From assembly GCA_048881705.1 (NCBI GenBank), contig JBHLSH010000026.1:1-41841 (forward strand): 41,841 nt of DNA. The letters run 5' to 3'. The translations under genes and the position numbers were made by a program. Each line of letters begins with the position of its first letter. The first letter of the stretch is position 1. The DNA is from Candidatus Heimdallarchaeota archaeon (GTDB taxonomy: Archaea; Asgardarchaeota; Heimdallarchaeia; Hodarchaeales; Hodarchaeaceae). The notes under the pieces were generated by a model, which had not been told where the DNA came from, did no database searches, and saw only the letters and a list, made by a program, of their open reading frames with translations. Positions 29,118 through 38,800 of the stretch are shown here, piece after piece.

Positions 29118-29924
29118 ATGGAAGTTTCTTTAAGCAAAAAAATAAGTAAGGGTTTCTCCCCTCTTAAAGAAAAATCCATTCTTGTGGCGTTTTCTGGGGA
29201 TATGAACTCATCATTGGTCGCCCGAATCATAGAAGAACGGGCTTCCACCGTCTGTCTTGCAACCGTTATTTCTGTTTGGTTGGATGAAGCAGAAATCAAA
29301 GAGATTCGGGCAAGCGCGGCTCAATTCCATTTGCCACATGTCTTTGAAAAAATTCCCGCCTACACTCTAAGCCATACGTACTGGGGGGCATCAGATAGTT
29401 GTTTTTATTGTAAAATTCATATTTCCTCATATCTTCTGGATTACGCAAAACGAATGGGGTATGATGTCGTAATTGATGGATCTGATGCATCTAGTAAGGA
29501 TTATCTTCCTTATTTTTTTCCTATTTCAAAGTTAGGAGTCTATTCTCCATTGGCTATGGGAGAAATAACAAACGATGATGTGCAAAAGCTTTTTACTTAT
29601 TATAACTTGACGACGGACATAGGAAATCTGAAAATCTGCCCTTCGGAACGATTTCCAGCTGGAAGGCCTATTAGTCGTGAATCGATAGACCGAGTCTTAA
29701 AAGCTGAGTCCTATCTGAAGAACCTCGGCCTGTTTGACCAGATTAAAGTTAGTGATCATGAAGATTTATGTCGAATACTTGTGGATAGGGAATCTTTTAA
29801 CAGGGCAGCTGTCAATTTGGGTCGAAATCGATCAAAAATAGTAAAATATCTAAAAACGCTTGGGTATTCCTTTATCGCCCTTGATCTAGAAGGCGAAAAT
29901 CAATTATTCCAGTCAGAACATTAA
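29118..29924 (+). CDS. larE: LarE/TIGR00268-like PP-loop-family protein with altered PP-loop
   Basis: LVAFSGDMNSSLV, CFYCK, IDGS, SPLA.G.IT..DV, CPSERFP.G, AESYL..LG, LGYSFIALDLEG. Confidence 0.78.
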   Translation: MEVSLSKKISKGFSPLKEKSILVAFSGDMNSSLVARIIEERASTVCLATVISVWLDEAEIKEIRASAAQFHLPHVFEKIPAYTLSHTYWGASDSCFYCKIHISSYLLDYAKRMGYDVVIDGSDASSKDYLPYFFPISKLGVYSPLAMGEITNDDVQKLFTYYNLTTDIGNLKICPSERFPAGRPISRESIDRVLKAESYLKNLGLFDQIKVSDHEDLCRILVDRESFNRAAVNLGRNRSKIVKYLKTLGYSFIALDLEGENQLFQSEH

Positions 29925-29951
29925 TCTCAGAGTGAAACACCTGAAAACACA

Positions 29952-30422
29952 GTGGGTACAGTGTTAATTGATTATTCACGATTCCCCTTCAAGTGGATGA
30001 CACAAATCATTTCCCTTCTGCATACAACAACAGATAAACAGGCGGCATTCGAAGTAGCACGTAAACTTGGGGCGTGTATGCTTGACACTCGTGAGGTCAT
30101 CCGTATGCTTCACTTTATCACCAATCAGGGGAGATTGGTTAAAGGAAATGAGGGTCATTCTGGGTGGAGACTTGTGCATGCAGATAATCCTGAAAAAATG
30201 GGTTTTCGTATGAGGTTTATTCAGGATTTAATTAAACTATTAGATCTTCTACATGAACAAAACGGCTTTTCAAAAGCGGAGGAATTAGCAGAACGGTTGA
30301 ACTTTGAATACACAGAGGTTTCTCAAGCTTTGATCTTCTTAGAAACCATAACCAATCAAGGTCGCTTGGATTACGAGGATATAGGCAGTAAACGTTGCTG
30401 GTACCTGCGTGGGTGGCCGTGA
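29952..30422 (+). CDS. Tandem winged-helix protein (two internal repeats)
   Basis: EVARKLG...MLHFITNQGRL...W and ELAERLN...FLETITNQGRL...W. Confidence 0.7.
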   Translation: MGTVLIDYSRFPFKWMTQIISLLHTTTDKQAAFEVARKLGACMLDTREVIRMLHFITNQGRLVKGNEGHSGWRLVHADNPEKMGFRMRFIQDLIKLLDLLHEQNGFSKAEELAERLNFEYTEVSQALIFLETITNQGRLDYEDIGSKRCWYLRGWP

Positions 30423-30424
30423 CA

Positions 30425-32764
30425 TCAAAGAAGTTGGAGATTATTACCATCAAATGAAATCATACCCCGAATAGTGAGCATTTTTAAGAGAGGTACGATT
30501 TCAGTTTCTGATTTGTTAAGCAGGGCACACAAACGATCCTTCGTCATTCCACCAGGATTAAATTTTAAGATTGAAATTATGGCTTCAATGGCATTGACAG
30601 ATTCCGAACTCGTAGTTGGACCCGTTTTTATGACAGTTTCACTTCCAAACCCCCCTAGATGCGCGAATATTGACTGGAAAACAGTTATGCGATTTAAACA
30701 TTCTTCGAATAGGTAAGTAATGGCCTGATCTCGTGTAATTGTTTGGTCGTCAAGAGTCAAATCGCCTGAGCTCGCAAACTCAATTAATTTCTTTGTTGCA
30801 AGGAGAGCCTGATTGCTATGGAAGTCTATATAGTATAATCCCCCATAATCAGTTAATGATTCAGCCAGGTCCAAAGATTTGGTTGCAGTTCTCTGTAAAC
30901 TTAGCTCTTCATCCCGTAATATGAAAGCGTGCCGAATATTTCCCTTGACCAGCTTTCTTAAACGTCTTAAACTCTGAAATACTGTTGAACCATGCTCGCT
31001 ATTGTTAATTTCTATGCCTACGCTATTTGCTCCCCTTGGAGTTTGATACGTAAAGACGAGATCAAGGCCCTTAGTGTCTTGGGAATCTCTCAGTCTATCA
31101 ATCCGAACATTAAGAATTGTTATCCCGTAGATGGGACGTTTCTTTTCTATACTTGTATTCAAAAGATCATAAAGAACTCCTTTACAGAAATCCCGTCTAA
31201 CAGGATGAGGATATTCATATATCTCTGTTTCAAATTCACGAGCATATTTCGCCCATTGGGCCTCAAGGAAATTGATAACCTTGTTTGATCTATCTTCCAT
31301 AACGGGAGAAACAGAAGAAGCTTTCTGAATCTGTTGATCTGTTCCTAGTACTGGCCCCTCCCTTTTCTTAACTCCCTCTGAAAGCGTGGAATCAAGGTCT
31401 GCGAACAGCTCCGCTAATGCTTGTTGCTCATGTTGGCCAAATTCAACTGTCGAAGGGCCTCCACGATCCGATAAGGACTCTGGAGAAACTGAGGGAGGAG
31501 TTGGTACTATTTCATCAGGTGTCATTGGTGGTACCCCTTCTACTGCCTCCTTCTGAACAGTCGATTGAACATCGCCTTCCGATAGCGCTCTAATATAACC
31601 TTGGTCTTTGAACTCGTTGATTCGATCGCGTAGATGTCGAAGAAACAAACGGGGATTCCCTTCAAAATTCCTCACGCTCACAGCAATAAACTCCTCTGAA
31701 AAAGGATAAGAAGGAAAGGGAGGCGAAATCCCAGAATCTTTGAATAGTGTACCTATACGAGCTTCTGCCAACAAGGTTGCAGTTTCCGTGTTTAGCGGTT
31801 CAAGGCTTGTGACATAATCAATTCTTTGCCTGGAATATTCTGGAACCTCTTTAACGATGGATTCCTTCCATACGACAGATTGAACCATAGCTAATACAAG
31901 TACATGACGGCATTGATTGTACAGATTAGTGAGTGAGTCAAACAATAATCCAATCCCATTATCACGTTTAAATCTGATATATATCGATTCCAGCTGGTCA
32001 AAACTAAGTAATAGAGGTTTTTTCGCAAGGATTGTAACTGTCTGTATGATAGATAGGGCACGGTTCTCAGAAACAATTGAATCTGGAACATCGAGTTTTT
32101 TCAGGTCTTCCTCGGATACTTCAATGCCAGATAGCCACTTAAACGCAGCAGGCCTTGTTATTGGGTTGAGGGTATGAAATAAAACTTCAATGAATCCAAT
32201 ATCAATATCGGGATGAATGGTTGCCAAATAATTAATTGCCATACGTCTTAAATTTGTGGAATAAAATTTCTCTGGTTTGAATTTAAAAATCTTCATGGGG
32301 TCATTAGCAAATGATTGTGATAAGCTACGAGCGATAGGATTGTCTGGGAGTCCTTCTGAGAGTGCTCGAGAAATTACTTCACCGATGAATTGCTCCAAAG
32401 GGCTATATTCTGCTCCATCCACTGTTTTTCTCAAAGATATCATAATTTCTTGAAGAATATGGCCATAAATCCTTTGGAGATCACCCAAAGGGCGTACACT
32501 GACGAATAAAAAGTCTCTTTCAATAGCAATTCGTCTGAGGCGGGCGAGAATGTGTGTTTTTCCCACACCAGCATCGCCAAGAATCATACACATCCCCGAA
32601 CGACCAGTGGACCGAACTTCGTCCAGGGTCTCTAGGACAATCCGAGTTGCCTTTCTATTGAATTCAGGAACGTCTATGACCTCAGTCTGCCATGGATCCC
32701 CGACACTGGTACTACGAAACGGATTGACCTTTCCTAATATGATTGCGTCGTAAATTTCCGGCAA
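30425..32764 (-). CDS. AAA+/ORC-CDC6-like P-loop ATPase with a nuclease-fold-like domain and C-terminal wHTH
   Basis: Walker A GDAGVGKT, Walker B LLLSFDQLE, NPRLFLR sensor region, Pro/Glu linker, DLVF...VGIEIN, and terminal MTKDRLCALLN...LTIRGMI. Confidence 0.8.
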   Translation of the reverse strand: MPEIYDAIILGKVNPFRSTSVGDPWQTEVIDVPEFNRKATRIVLETLDEVRSTGRSGMCMILGDAGVGKTHILARLRRIAIERDFLFVSVRPLGDLQRIYGHILQEIMISLRKTVDGAEYSPLEQFIGEVISRALSEGLPDNPIARSLSQSFANDPMKIFKFKPEKFYSTNLRRMAINYLATIHPDIDIGFIEVLFHTLNPITRPAAFKWLSGIEVSEEDLKKLDVPDSIVSENRALSIIQTVTILAKKPLLLSFDQLESIYIRFKRDNGIGLLFDSLTNLYNQCRHVLVLAMVQSVVWKESIVKEVPEYSRQRIDYVTSLEPLNTETATLLAEARIGTLFKDSGISPPFPSYPFSEEFIAVSVRNFEGNPRLFLRHLRDRINEFKDQGYIRALSEGDVQSTVQKEAVEGVPPMTPDEIVPTPPSVSPESLSDRGGPSTVEFGQHEQQALAELFADLDSTLSEGVKKREGPVLGTDQQIQKASSVSPVMEDRSNKVINFLEAQWAKYAREFETEIYEYPHPVRRDFCKGVLYDLLNTSIEKKRPIYGITILNVRIDRLRDSQDTKGLDLVFTYQTPRGANSVGIEINNSEHGSTVFQSLRRLRKLVKGNIRHAFILRDEELSLQRTATKSLDLAESLTDYGGLYYIDFHSNQALLATKKLIEFASSGDLTLDDQTITRDQAITYLFEECLNRITVFQSIFAHLGGFGSETVIKTGPTTSSESVNAIEAIISILKFNPGGMTKDRLCALLNKSETEIVPLLKMLTIRGMISFDGNNLQLL

Positions 32765-32954
32765 TTCTACCTCAACCGCGAATTATCATCAATTCATCGC
32801 ATCTACTGGTAAATTTCAACTGATTAATGCTAAATTTCTAGTAGGAAGTGTATTCGAGGAGGTTAAAAAACTATCTAATGTAGAATTCATAGATATTGGT
32901 TTTTTCTGGGTTGTAAAGCATTTCTTGCCAAACTGGGATTTGTTTTTTGAGGTG

Positions 32955-34058
32955 CTAGTCAATGAGTTTATCTATTGTATCAAGGTATCTCTTCAGTTCG
33001 GAGATTTTTCTATCACCCATATGCGCAATTCGAAAATTCAAGTTAGCAAATTTTCCATATCCAGTTGCAAAGAAATATCCAAGTTGTTTCAGGTTTTTTT
33101 TGAGAGCAGAAACGTCAATTCCCTTACTATTAATGCAAGTAACGGTATTAGATGCAACCGACCTTTCTGAAAACAGTGATAATCCTTTTCGTTCAGTCCA
33201 ATCGCGCGTATAATCCGCCATTTCTGTATGTCGCCTCCACCGATTCTCTATCCCCTCATTGTCTATTATCTTATGGAGTTGATGTTGCAGCTGATAATAA
33301 AGTGGGATAACGGGAGTTGCGGGTTGCATACCACCTCGATCGTGATATTTCTTTAATGTGATAAAGTCAAAATACCATCCACGGTTTGGAACGCTTTGCG
33401 TTTTTTCCATTGCTTCTTCAGAAACGGACGCGACGGCCAGCCCAGGAGATAATCCCATACACTTTTGAAGGCCGAAAAGGTAAACATCAATTTTCCAATC
33501 ATCAATCCTAGTTTCGATGCCTCCCGCCGCCGAAACGCCGTCTACAAGGAACAGACAACCAGCATCCTTAATAATACGGGACAAATCTTTTAGAGGCGTT
33601 GTTACTCCTGTTGAGGTTTCGTTATGAGTTACACAAACTGCATCATATGGTTTTTCGTTAAGTTTCTCTTCTAGTTGACTCGGAACGACCGCTTGACCCC
33701 AATTCACGTCAATGGAATCTGCAATCTTTCCATTCGCTATGGCGATCTCATACCAACGTTCCGCAAAAGCTCCGTTAATAACATTGAGCACTCCATTATC
33801 GGCTACTAGATTTCTAATCGCTCCTTCCATAAATCCTGATGAACTAGAGGTAGATAACATGATGTCATTAGATGTAAACAGCGCTTGCTGCAAATAATTT
33901 GTGATATCCTTATGTAGGGCTCCCATACTGTCACTTCGGTGGCCAATCATGGGAAGACTCAGGATTTCCCTACAATCTGACGAGACATTAACAGGCCCAG
34001 GGATAAAGAGATCCAGAAAATCCTCTTCTCTAATCATATTCAGATGCTCCGTGTTCAT
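32955..34058 (-). CDS. Class V PLP aminotransferase (serine-pyruvate/alanine-glyoxylate type)
   Basis: LFIPGPV, GHRS, HNETSTGV, LVDGVS, QKCMGLSPGL (PLP Lys), FRIAHMG. ATG 34058 or 34037 is preferred over the track start at 34133. Confidence 0.9.
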   Translation of the reverse strand: MNTEHLNMIREEDFLDLFIPGPVNVSSDCREILSLPMIGHRSDSMGALHKDITNYLQQALFTSNDIMLSTSSSSGFMEGAIRNLVADNGVLNVINGAFAERWYEIAIANGKIADSIDVNWGQAVVPSQLEEKLNEKPYDAVCVTHNETSTGVTTPLKDLSRIIKDAGCLFLVDGVSAAGGIETRIDDWKIDVYLFGLQKCMGLSPGLAVASVSEEAMEKTQSVPNRGWYFDFITLKKYHDRGGMQPATPVIPLYYQLQHQLHKIIDNEGIENRWRRHTEMADYTRDWTERKGLSLFSERSVASNTVTCINSKGIDVSALKKNLKQLGYFFATGYGKFANLNFRIAHMGDRKISELKRYLDTIDKLID

Positions 34059-34160
34059 TGATGTATTGAACGGGAAATACTGAAAAGAAAAATATATGTT
34101 TGGTTTAAATTTGGACTTCCTGTAAGGGAACACCCTAGCATTAAAAACAGGTGTCGATGA

Positions 34161-35204
34161 GTGGAAGCAAAAGTTTCAGACCTTATTGATATAGAATGGC
34201 GATCTCAACTCTTGATCCAGGAGTTTTCCCACATTGGACCATCCATAGAACCCTTGAAGGAACTAATGCCGAAGACTTCCTCTGAAAGGCAAAAAAAAGA
34301 TGAAAAATTGGATCTTCTTGTCATGCAAGGATCCTTTGATCCCCCTACACGTGCCCATATTGAGATAATTAAGCTCGCAATTCAAGAGAGGTTGAATTCA
34401 GTCCCCAAAGATCAGCTAAGTTTTCTGATCCTTTTGTCCCTCCAACATGTTGAAAAGCGGCTGAATGTATTAGAAAGGGCTCTACTCGGATTTAGAGTTG
34501 AAATGCTCTCAAATGTTTTAAAAAATACTATTCTTTCAATGTATACAATTCCTACAACAATTTTTATTTCAAATGTAGGCCGTTATATCGATCTTACACC
34601 AGCTATAACCGCCTTCTTCCCCGCAAGAAACTCTATATCATATATTGTTGGCATTGATGTCTTTAAAAAAATCTTGATGCAGAAGTTTTATCGGAACCAC
34701 ATAAACCATGTCCTATCTGAGGTTTTCCAAAACTACTTTTTGGTTGCAGGAAGAAATGAAATTACCAGTAGAGAGGAATTGGATGCCCATGTAAGAAACG
34801 TTACCGGAACTGGGAACCATCTTACAACGAGAATTTTAGATCATATTCATTTTTTGAAAATTTCACCTGAATTTCAAAACGTAAACGCCACAGAAATAAG
34901 AAAAACCATTCTTAATGGTAGAAAACCATCTTCACGACATTTGTATCCATCTACGTATAATGAATTAAGAAAATGGGGTTTATACGGGCCAAATCCAAAA
35001 TTGTTTGCACTCCAAATCGGAATTCAACAGACAGTCTCCTTAGCTCTTGAAAATGGTCTCGTTTTGGAGGATGCCCGCTCTAGAATTGAAATGATAGTGG
35101 ATCATATTCTAAAAGATGAAAATTCACAGGAGCGGGTAATTAAAGATTATAGGCAAGAATTAGATACGACATTACGTAAGAGGTGGTCAAGTTTACCCAA
35201 ATAG
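34161..35204 (+). CDS. Nucleotidyltransferase, NMN/NaMN adenylyltransferase-like (HxGH superfamily)
   Basis: QGSFDPPTRAH, R.EM, IVGIDVF, VAGR, NVNATEIR. Confidence 0.78.
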   Translation: MEAKVSDLIDIEWRSQLLIQEFSHIGPSIEPLKELMPKTSSERQKKDEKLDLLVMQGSFDPPTRAHIEIIKLAIQERLNSVPKDQLSFLILLSLQHVEKRLNVLERALLGFRVEMLSNVLKNTILSMYTIPTTIFISNVGRYIDLTPAITAFFPARNSISYIVGIDVFKKILMQKFYRNHINHVLSEVFQNYFLVAGRNEITSREELDAHVRNVTGTGNHLTTRILDHIHFLKISPEFQNVNATEIRKTILNGRKPSSRHLYPSTYNELRKWGLYGPNPKLFALQIGIQQTVSLALENGLVLEDARSRIEMIVDHILKDENSQERVIKDYRQELDTTLRKRWSSLPK

Positions 35205-35221
35205 GCATATTAGGAGAATTT

Positions 35222-35797
35222 ATGAATCGTTTCGATCTAACAATTTCATCGGATGCACCCTCAGAGCCATTAGGGAACGGTTACACCATACTACACCAAG
35301 GATGCGAGAAGTATGTCGTCCCATTAATCCAAGGGAAAAAAAAGACCTTGGCGATAACCGAGCTTACAACTTGCGGTCTAGTAAGCGATTTATTGACAGG
35401 AGTTAGTGGAGCCTCTCAGTATTTCCTTCTTGGGGTAATCCCATATAGTACGGATGCAAAAATCGAGTTAGGGATCTCACATTCGCTCTTAACACATGAA
35501 GGGCCTGGCACTGTGTCCCAAGAAACCGCACAGGCGTTGGCAAACCGAGTTAGGCATTTTTCGGGGGCAGATATCTGCCTTGCTGAAACTGGATTATTAT
35601 CTTCTGCACGACTCGCCTCGAAGCGGACTTCGAAAACTGCTGGTACGGTCTTCCTATCCATTATATCCGAAGAAAAAGTTCACAATGAGGTTCTTCAAGT
35701 TGATCCTGGCCTCGATCGAAGAATTATGCGCCTTGAGATAGCGGGACATGTCCTAATTTCTCTTTACACGTTTCTAGAGAGTATTAATGATCCTTAG
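35222..35797 (+). CDS. CinA-C/PncC-like protein with altered catalytic motif
   Basis: ITELTTCGLVS, VSGASQYF..GVIPYS..AK..LG, VSQETA..LA, AETG, GTVFLSI. ATG 35222. Confidence 0.8.
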   Translation: MNRFDLTISSDAPSEPLGNGYTILHQGCEKYVVPLIQGKKKTLAITELTTCGLVSDLLTGVSGASQYFLLGVIPYSTDAKIELGISHSLLTHEGPGTVSQETAQALANRVRHFSGADICLAETGLLSSARLASKRTSKTAGTVFLSIISEEKVHNEVLQVDPGLDRRIMRLEIAGHVLISLYTFLESINDP

Positions 35798-35889
35798 CAT
35801 TATCCATTATTGAGAGGTCAATTTCTAAATTCGTAGAAAGTTCCTGATTAACAAAATTTTTATTGGAATTTATCCAATCGTGACTTGAG

Positions 35890-38800
35890 TTGACCTCGTT
35901 GCTCTTGAACCCCAGTCAGAAATCCCTTCCGCGTTTTTGGTTCCTGGTTTTACTTCTTGTTTTGCCGCTTACAGGTTTCTTATTCTCGTATCCGCCTCCT
36001 TCAGATGAAAAATTGGTGGAAAACGTTCCTCTGAACCTAGAGGTTGATGAAAAAGTCACCAACTTCCTTTTTACTTACGAAACATCAGAACGAGATCAGA
36101 TCCTTGGATTATTACGGAAATATAATGCTAAACAGGTTGAGTTTTTCACACATCTTCGCATCGGAATGGTTTCGTTCCAAATGAAGCATTTTAGAGACCT
36201 TCAAGATAATTACCCTATCTTCGCATCCAAAATCAGACCTTCTTACAAAAGTCGAGTAGTTCCTGATCTTGATCAGATCTTGACTGTATCGCAAGCAACC
36301 CCTTACGTTCATCCATCTGAAATTATCAATGCCACCCAGCTATATCAGGAAGATGTTACGGGTGAAGGAGCCAAAATTGCCATCCTTGACACAGGCATAG
36401 ACACTTCTCACTCAGTTTTTGGGAACAGAGTGACATTTCAGAAATCTTTCGTCACTAAATCGTATGGATTCTCTGATGACGAACCGACGATAGACCTTCA
36501 CGGCCATGGAACTCATGTTGCTGGACTAGCAGCTGGTTCGGGAACATCATACCCGGGCATTGCCTTCTCGGCGGAAATCCTGAATCTCAAGGTTGCTGAT
36601 GTAGCTGGGTTTTCGACGGAAGAAGCAGTAATCGCCGCTATCGATACTGCGATCAACCAAAGTGTAGACGTTATTTCGATGTCACTAGGATTTTCAACTG
36701 CTTCACCATGGGAACAGGATGATATACTTTCTTTGGCCGTTGATGAAGCTGTTAAAAGCGGAGTTTCAGTTGTTGTTTCAGCTGGGAATGATGGACCAAG
36801 TATCGCGAGTATCTCTAGTCCCGCTTCTGCGAGTCAGGCACTGACCGTAGGAGCAACGAACGGAAGCGAGCAAGTCGTCGGGTTTTCTAGTATAGGACCG
36901 TCCTACGAATTCAGGGTCGACCCCGACATTGTGGCACCAGGAACAGCCATCATGGGCCCCTTGGCATCTCAGAGCGCCTTGAAACTTGGTTATAACGCCA
37001 TTATCGGAGTAACACTCTCAGACTATGTTGCACTTTCTGGAACAAGTATGGCAGCACCTATCGTGAGCGGAGCTGTTGCTTTGTTGAAACAAAAATTCCC
37101 AAATGCGCCCCCACAAGCTATACGGGCAGCCCTTCTGGAGACAGGTAATGATCTAGGGGAGTCCGTGTTCCTACAAGGGAATGGATTGATAGATGTGTCC
37201 TCCGCAGCGGAGATTTTACAAAGTACCTCAGAATCGAATCCAGAGGAGTTTGGAATTTCCGCATCACTCCCTCGAGCAAATCCTGAAAAGCCTCTTGAGT
37301 TATCTGAACGGACTCGATTCCCGGGAGACAACACAACATTAAAATTTTCAGTGATTACAGGGATGCCAGGGATTGTAACTTGGAATGTTTCCGCCACAAT
37401 CAGACAATTCGTCAATTTTGACTCATCTCCTGATGTACTTTCTTCGGCTGACATCCTTGAAAAGAATTTGAGAATTTGGATCCCTATCGAGGTTGATCCT
37501 GGAGATTATGCTGGATTCATCTCCTATACATTTCGAGGAATCACAAAATCCTTTCTTATCAAATTTAAAATCGATTTACCAAAGGCCAAAGCGATCTGGC
37601 CAATCAGGCATACTGGCCGCGAGGATTCGCCATTCTTTAATTATCGTTTTATTGATAACCTCTTAGCGGAAAATCTATCCATTGATATAGATACGTACTC
37701 GGGTTTCTTGAGCTGGGACTCCCTATCTCTCTATAATCTATTGATTCTAACCGATCTAGAACATCCATTGAGTCAGTACGAGATTTCCGCGATCAAAAAG
37801 TTCCACGATAGCAATGGATCTATCATACTTGTCACATCTGCCTTTCCTTACTTTAATCCAATACCATACACAAGATTAGCGGAGAAACTCGGTCTCGGGA
37901 TTGATTTTGAAGATCGCCTGGATCTAATATCTTGGTCCGACAGCGGAAGGACCCGGAATATTGTGTCTCTGTCTCCTTCTGAGTTGAATATCCACTGGGA
38001 ACCTTCTAATTCTATTTTTCATAATGTGGGATCTCTTCCTAACTTAATAGGGACAGGGTTTAAGGTGGAAGTTGGTGTACCTGGCCTAAGGGATCGAGTA
38101 TCCGTTATAGATACTCAGCATACAATTTTCGCTGCAATAGAGCCAGCGAATTTGGGCAAAGTAGCAGTGATGGGTAGCGAACAGTTTCTTTACTCTGCGT
38201 TTTCTCGAAGTTTATCTGGTCAGACATTGGTAAGAAATCTGTTTAACTGGATTACATCGAAAGACACATATTCTATTAATGTGAAACTGAATCAGACAAG
38301 TAGACAACTTACGATTGTCGCCTATAGTCTCAATTATTCCCAATTGTGGATCGATCTATCCTTTAGTAACGGTACGGAGGTCAACAATTTGGAATTGGTA
38401 GGTAATAACGGATCTTATGCGGTGATCATCCCACTGGGCTTATCATTAGATAATCAAGCAATCACGGTTGGGTTAAAGAGCTCAATAGTGGCAGACTACT
38501 TAAAGGATTTTCCTGTATTTGACTTTTCGTCCGTTGTTGAAAATATATCAACTACAGCCAACCATATTTCGTCCGAAACAATACTGGAGGCCTCTTGGCT
38601 TGAAAATAGTTCAGTTCCTATAATAGATAGGTCGATAAACTTAACGGTCAAGTTTTCTGGATTGGACGGAAATTTTACCGCTAAGCCAACGTTTCTAATT
38701 ACGAAAGAATTAGAAGACACACTGGATATCCTTGTCCCCCCTCTTGATGAAATCGTCTATTTCAGTGATGAGATCCCATTAGTAAGTAAAACAGCAACTC

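Noticed and set aside
29952-30422. ESCRT-II Vps25 call for the tandem wHTH protein
   Set aside because: No PPxY/F N-terminal motif and no ESCRT or ubiquitin genes nearby; tandem wHTH alone is not diagnostic.
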